Assembly (NCBI GenBank): GCA_050293845.1
Contig: JBNKNM010000195.1
Location: forward strand, 1-10,774
From: Pseudobacteriovorax sp.
Lineage (GTDB): Bacteria; Bdellovibrionota_B; Oligoflexia; Oligoflexales; Oligoflexaceae
Reading direction: 5' to 3'
Length of the DNA stretch: 10,774 bases
Made by a program: the position numbers and the translations under genes. This document shows positions 7,915 through 10,774 of the stretch, piece by piece. The notes beneath the pieces are model-generated. The model was not told the DNA's origin. It searched no databases and was given only the letters and a program-made list of their open reading frames with translations. Positions within the stretch are counted from its first letter, which is position 1; each line of letters starts with the position of its first letter.

Positions 7915-9240
7915 ATGTTACATCAACTAATTTATGGGACGGCTTTGTTTGCTTCCCTCACTGCGTTTGGGCAAAAAGGACCGGCGGTACCAAGTCTGGC
8001 CATGACGACCATCATACAGGAAAACACTGCTGGCTTCTGTAGCGTAAACGGCAGTGTGGATAACGATAGAGCGGGTTTCACTGGCGATGGATTTGCCAAT
8101 ACGATAAATGCCAACGGCAATGGTGTTAACTGGCAAATCGAGGTCAGTCAGGCGGGAACATATAGCTTACAATGGCGCTATGCCAATGGCAGTGGTAGTG
8201 GCAGTAGTCGTCCTGGTGACGTGATGATTGACGGTGAAACCCAGTTTTATGGTGTAGCCTTTCCCCCAACGGGTGCCTGGACAAACTGGGCCGAGAGCGG
8301 GACGGTGGAATTGTGGCTGGATCAGGGTAGCCACACGATTCGCCTGCAAGCTATTACCGCCGAGGGGTTGGGAAATATCGACTATTTGAGTATCACTGGA
8401 AACAGCAGTGTCAGTGGAGGGACTTGCGAAACTTCAAATCCTGGTGATGGGTATCCCCGAGGTAACCCACCCGTTCCCAGTGCCGGTTGTGGCTCCCCCC
8501 CCGGTTTATGGAGCGGTACCCACAGAATGTCGAGCGCGGGTCTCAATCGAGAGTACATTGTCTCTGTTCCAGAAGGCTATAACGCAAACAAGCCCTACCG
8601 ACTGATTTTTGGGATGCACTGGTTAGGTGGAAGCGCCGAAGCCGTGGCTGATTGGTCAGGATATTATGGACTCGACGCGCGCGACACGGAGGAAACCGCT
8701 ATATTCGTTGCACCACAGGGATACACAGATAACTGGCCTTGGCGAGGAAATGACAACCGGGACCATATCTTCTTTGAAGAGCTGTACGCGCACCTCGCAT
8801 CTAATTTATGCGTCGATGTATCAAGAGTCTTCTCCCTTGGGTTCAGCTTCGGCGCAATGTACACCAACGCCCTATCGCAAACCCATCAGGATATCCTGCG
8901 AGGTGTCGTGGTGTATGCTACCGCCGACTACAACATTTACTTCCCGGCGAACACGGGCAAGCCCCTTGCTTACATGGGGGTCCATGGCCTGAACGACGGG
9001 ACCTGTCCCATCAGTTCGGGGCGGCGGTCTAGAGATAGGTTCGTGGAGAACAATCGATGTGTGGCACCTAGTAGCGTACCTGAAGCTCACCGCGGAAGCG
9101 GCCATGTCACCTTCGATTTCGACTGCCCGGATAATTACCCCGTGCGCTGGTCTACATTCGATGGAGGACACACATATCCGCCAAACAATTCCGGTGAATG
9201 GGCGCAGGATGAGACCTGGGAATTCATCTCACAGTTCTAA
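7915..9240 (+). CDS. Secreted carbohydrate esterase (CE1, feruloyl/acetyl-xylan esterase-like) with an N-terminal CBM35-type module
   Basis: Signal peptide; IQENTAGFCSVNG...GFTGDGFANT...WRYANG...TGAWTNW...NIDYL typical of CBM35/CBM6; PSAGCG start of the esterase domain; GFSFG nucleophile elbow, HGLND (Asp) and FDGGH (His). SD GAGGA upstream. Confidence 0.88.
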   Translation: MLHQLIYGTALFASLTAFGQKGPAVPSLAMTTIIQENTAGFCSVNGSVDNDRAGFTGDGFANTINANGNGVNWQIEVSQAGTYSLQWRYANGSGSGSSRPGDVMIDGETQFYGVAFPPTGAWTNWAESGTVELWLDQGSHTIRLQAITAEGLGNIDYLSITGNSSVSGGTCETSNPGDGYPRGNPPVPSAGCGSPPGLWSGTHRMSSAGLNREYIVSVPEGYNANKPYRLIFGMHWLGGSAEAVADWSGYYGLDARDTEETAIFVAPQGYTDNWPWRGNDNRDHIFFEELYAHLASNLCVDVSRVFSLGFSFGAMYTNALSQTHQDILRGVVVYATADYNIYFPANTGKPLAYMGVHGLNDGTCPISSGRRSRDRFVENNRCVAPSSVPEAHRGSGHVTFDFDCPDNYPVRWSTFDGGHTYPPNNSGEWAQDETWEFISQF

Positions 9241-9359
9241 TTCGGCAGTCGGAAAATCTGGCTTTCTGGGTTGATAGATGATTATATTGCCATCGATCTT
9301 TTGGTCGATGTGCAATTTTTAGAATATTGAGCCGCAATCCCACCTGGTGGCCCCATATC

Positions 9360-9683
9360 ATAAAACATTATAGACCAGCCTCTACAGCTTTCCACATACG
9401 ATCGATTTCCATCTGATGGCCACACTCCTTGCAGCAAAAAGAATCTTCACCCCCACCAAAGCTCAATCAGGTCTTTGTAGCTAGACCTCAATGGCACCAC
9501 CGACTGTCTCTCAATTTCTAGTAACAATACCAGCCGACCAACAACCACACAAACCTTCGCTGTAAGTCTGCTACGATTATGCGGCGACTGAAGCCCGTAG
9601 TGACGAATTCGCTTAAACCTTGGTGGAAGAATCTGCTGAACCATCCACCCAATAAATCTTATGACATGGTCATAGCATCGATC
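9360..9683 (-). mobile_element. IS91-family (Y2) transposase C-terminal remnant, frameshifted pseudogene
   Basis: Minus strand reads RFIGWMVQQILPPRFKRIRHYGL, matching the IS91 motif FI.R...H.LP..F..IR.YG. After a frameshift in the G-run near 9450 it continues GEDSFCCKECGHQMEIDRMW, the terminal CxxC ribbon. The N-terminal/HUH part is missing. Confidence 0.8.
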
Positions 9684-9686
9684 ATC

Positions 9687-10229
9687 TCATGGAACCTCGG
9701 TTTTTGGAGAATGTCGATGTTCTTTAGGATGAACTAGGTATTTGCTCAAAGTTCTTAAAAATGCTCGAATCTTTTCTTGTAAACAATCATCGGATAAGGT
9801 TTTGAGCCAATCCAGTGATTCATGAGATTTATTCATCTGTGCAACAAAATATTTTAGGGCTATGCGATCTTCTGCTTTTATGGGTAATTTGAAGGCTTGC
9901 AACAGTACGAGAAGTAGTTCGTGGGTCTGGTATATCTTAAAAAATAATGATAAAAGCGCATCGGTAGTTAAGAAAGACGAACCGACTTCACGGTGGTAAT
10001 TTGTTAATCGCTGTCCTGCACCAAGGCAGTCGTAGTGGATACAACCATTAAAACCTAAGCTATGACGTTCATTATATATGGCACACTTACCTGAGGGCAA
10101 TAGGTTGGGGCAAGGTAAGCCTGTTTTCTTATCTATGGCAAACATTTTTCCTTTATTAAAGTGGAAAGCAATACAACACCAAGATAAGCATTGGGTACAA
10201 TCCGATTTTAATTCGAATTCTAGTTTCAT
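9687..10229 (-). CDS. Cys-rich protein (CxxCxxxCC cluster) similar to the N-terminal domain of YisX-type pentapeptide-repeat proteins, lacking the repeats
   Basis: DCTQCLSWCCIAF...FAIDK..G.PCPNL....CAIY.....GFNGCIHYDCLGAGQ matches the YisX-N pattern. SD AAGGAG upstream of the ATG. Confidence 0.75.
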   Translation of the reverse strand: MKLEFELKSDCTQCLSWCCIAFHFNKGKMFAIDKKTGLPCPNLLPSGKCAIYNERHSLGFNGCIHYDCLGAGQRLTNYHREVGSSFLTTDALLSLFFKIYQTHELLLVLLQAFKLPIKAEDRIALKYFVAQMNKSHESLDWLKTLSDDCLQEKIRAFLRTLSKYLVHPKEHRHSPKTEVP

Positions 10230-10699
10230 TTAAAACTCCTTGAACAAAAATTTCCATGGTTTCTCGGGAGTTTTTTACTGGGTAAAAATGGGGAACAAGG
10301 CTATTTAGAGGCTGAGGAACACCTATAGATGAAGGCGCAGTGAAACAATATTCACCGAGATTAATCCTAGGTCCCAAATGTTCACCTAGGCGAAAACTGC
10401 AAATCTTATCCGTAGAGCAATTACGTAACGATTTCAGTATTAATAGCAAGTCTTTTTGGCGTAAAGAGGAATTTTCCTGATAATGCATAAATAATAGGTG
10501 TAATCAACAATCTTGTAAAGCTTTTTAATAGGATAAGATGTCACCTGTCATAGATTATAGACCTAATAAGCTTTACTACTAAACTTTTTTAATACATTCT
10601 TTTCTAGGTTAAGCTACACATTTTCTACGGATTGTGAAACTTACCTAGTCGATAGTTTTTTCTTAGCCTTTGCTCAGTGCTGGAATGAAAGCTGTTTGT

Positions 10700-10774
10700 G
10701 TCAATTACCCCCACCTAAAGGAGGGGGCTTGTGAGGTGACTCGCAAGGGAGACTAGTTGACCAGACCACTAGCA
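10700..10774 (+). ncRNA. 5' end of an IscB-associated omega-RNA (HEARO-like) scaffold / IS200-IS605 left end; truncated by the window end
   Basis: GTCAATTA (10700-10707) pairs with TAGTTGAC (10754-10761). Enclosed are the hairpin CCCCC-A-CC-TAAA-GG-A-GGGGG (10708-10727) and the hairpin CTTGTGAG-GTGA-CTCGCAAG with a GNRA loop (10728-10747), followed by CAGAC. This matches the GTCAAC-w-ACCCC..CTAAAG..GGGGCTT...GTTGACCAG start of HEARO/omega-RNAs. Confidence 0.8.

Noticed and set aside
7927..9274. Multiple short alternative-frame ORFs inside the esterase gene
   Set aside because: A by-product of higher GC content giving fewer stop codons; no independent evidence.
10156..10488. 110-aa minus-strand ORF
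   Set aside because: Overlaps the Cys-rich gene by 74 nt, which has its own SD; no recognisable motif.
1..10774. CRISPR array, tRNA or rRNA
   Set aside because: No regularly spaced direct repeats, cloverleaf or rRNA-like sequence seen by eye.

Overview
AT-rich bacterial accessory-type window. It holds the 3' end of an osmoprotectant (Opu/ProU-like) ABC transporter (ATPase fragment plus a fused substrate-binding/permease gene), then a run of minus-strand genes: a secreted HEXXHXXGXXH metalloprotease, an acidic-linker outer-membrane beta-barrel-like protein, an RRE-like/heme-oxygenase-like (HDO/TenA fold) protein with apparently degenerate metal ligands, an MBL-fold hydrolase and a bifunctional Ada. 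Next come a GC-rich, probably horizontally acquired CBM35-CE1 esterase, a frameshifted IS91-family transposase remnant and a Cys-rich YisX-N-like protein. The last 75 nt fold like the 5' end of an IscB-type omega-RNA (HEARO) / IS200-IS605 left end, so the 20 nt just upstream would be its guide. Signals missed by the ORF track include a decayed marR-like remnant with a palindromic operator, a degenerate RPE1/MITE-like palindromic element and an orphan perfect hairpin. All family assignments are from motif recognition by eye; no searches were run.
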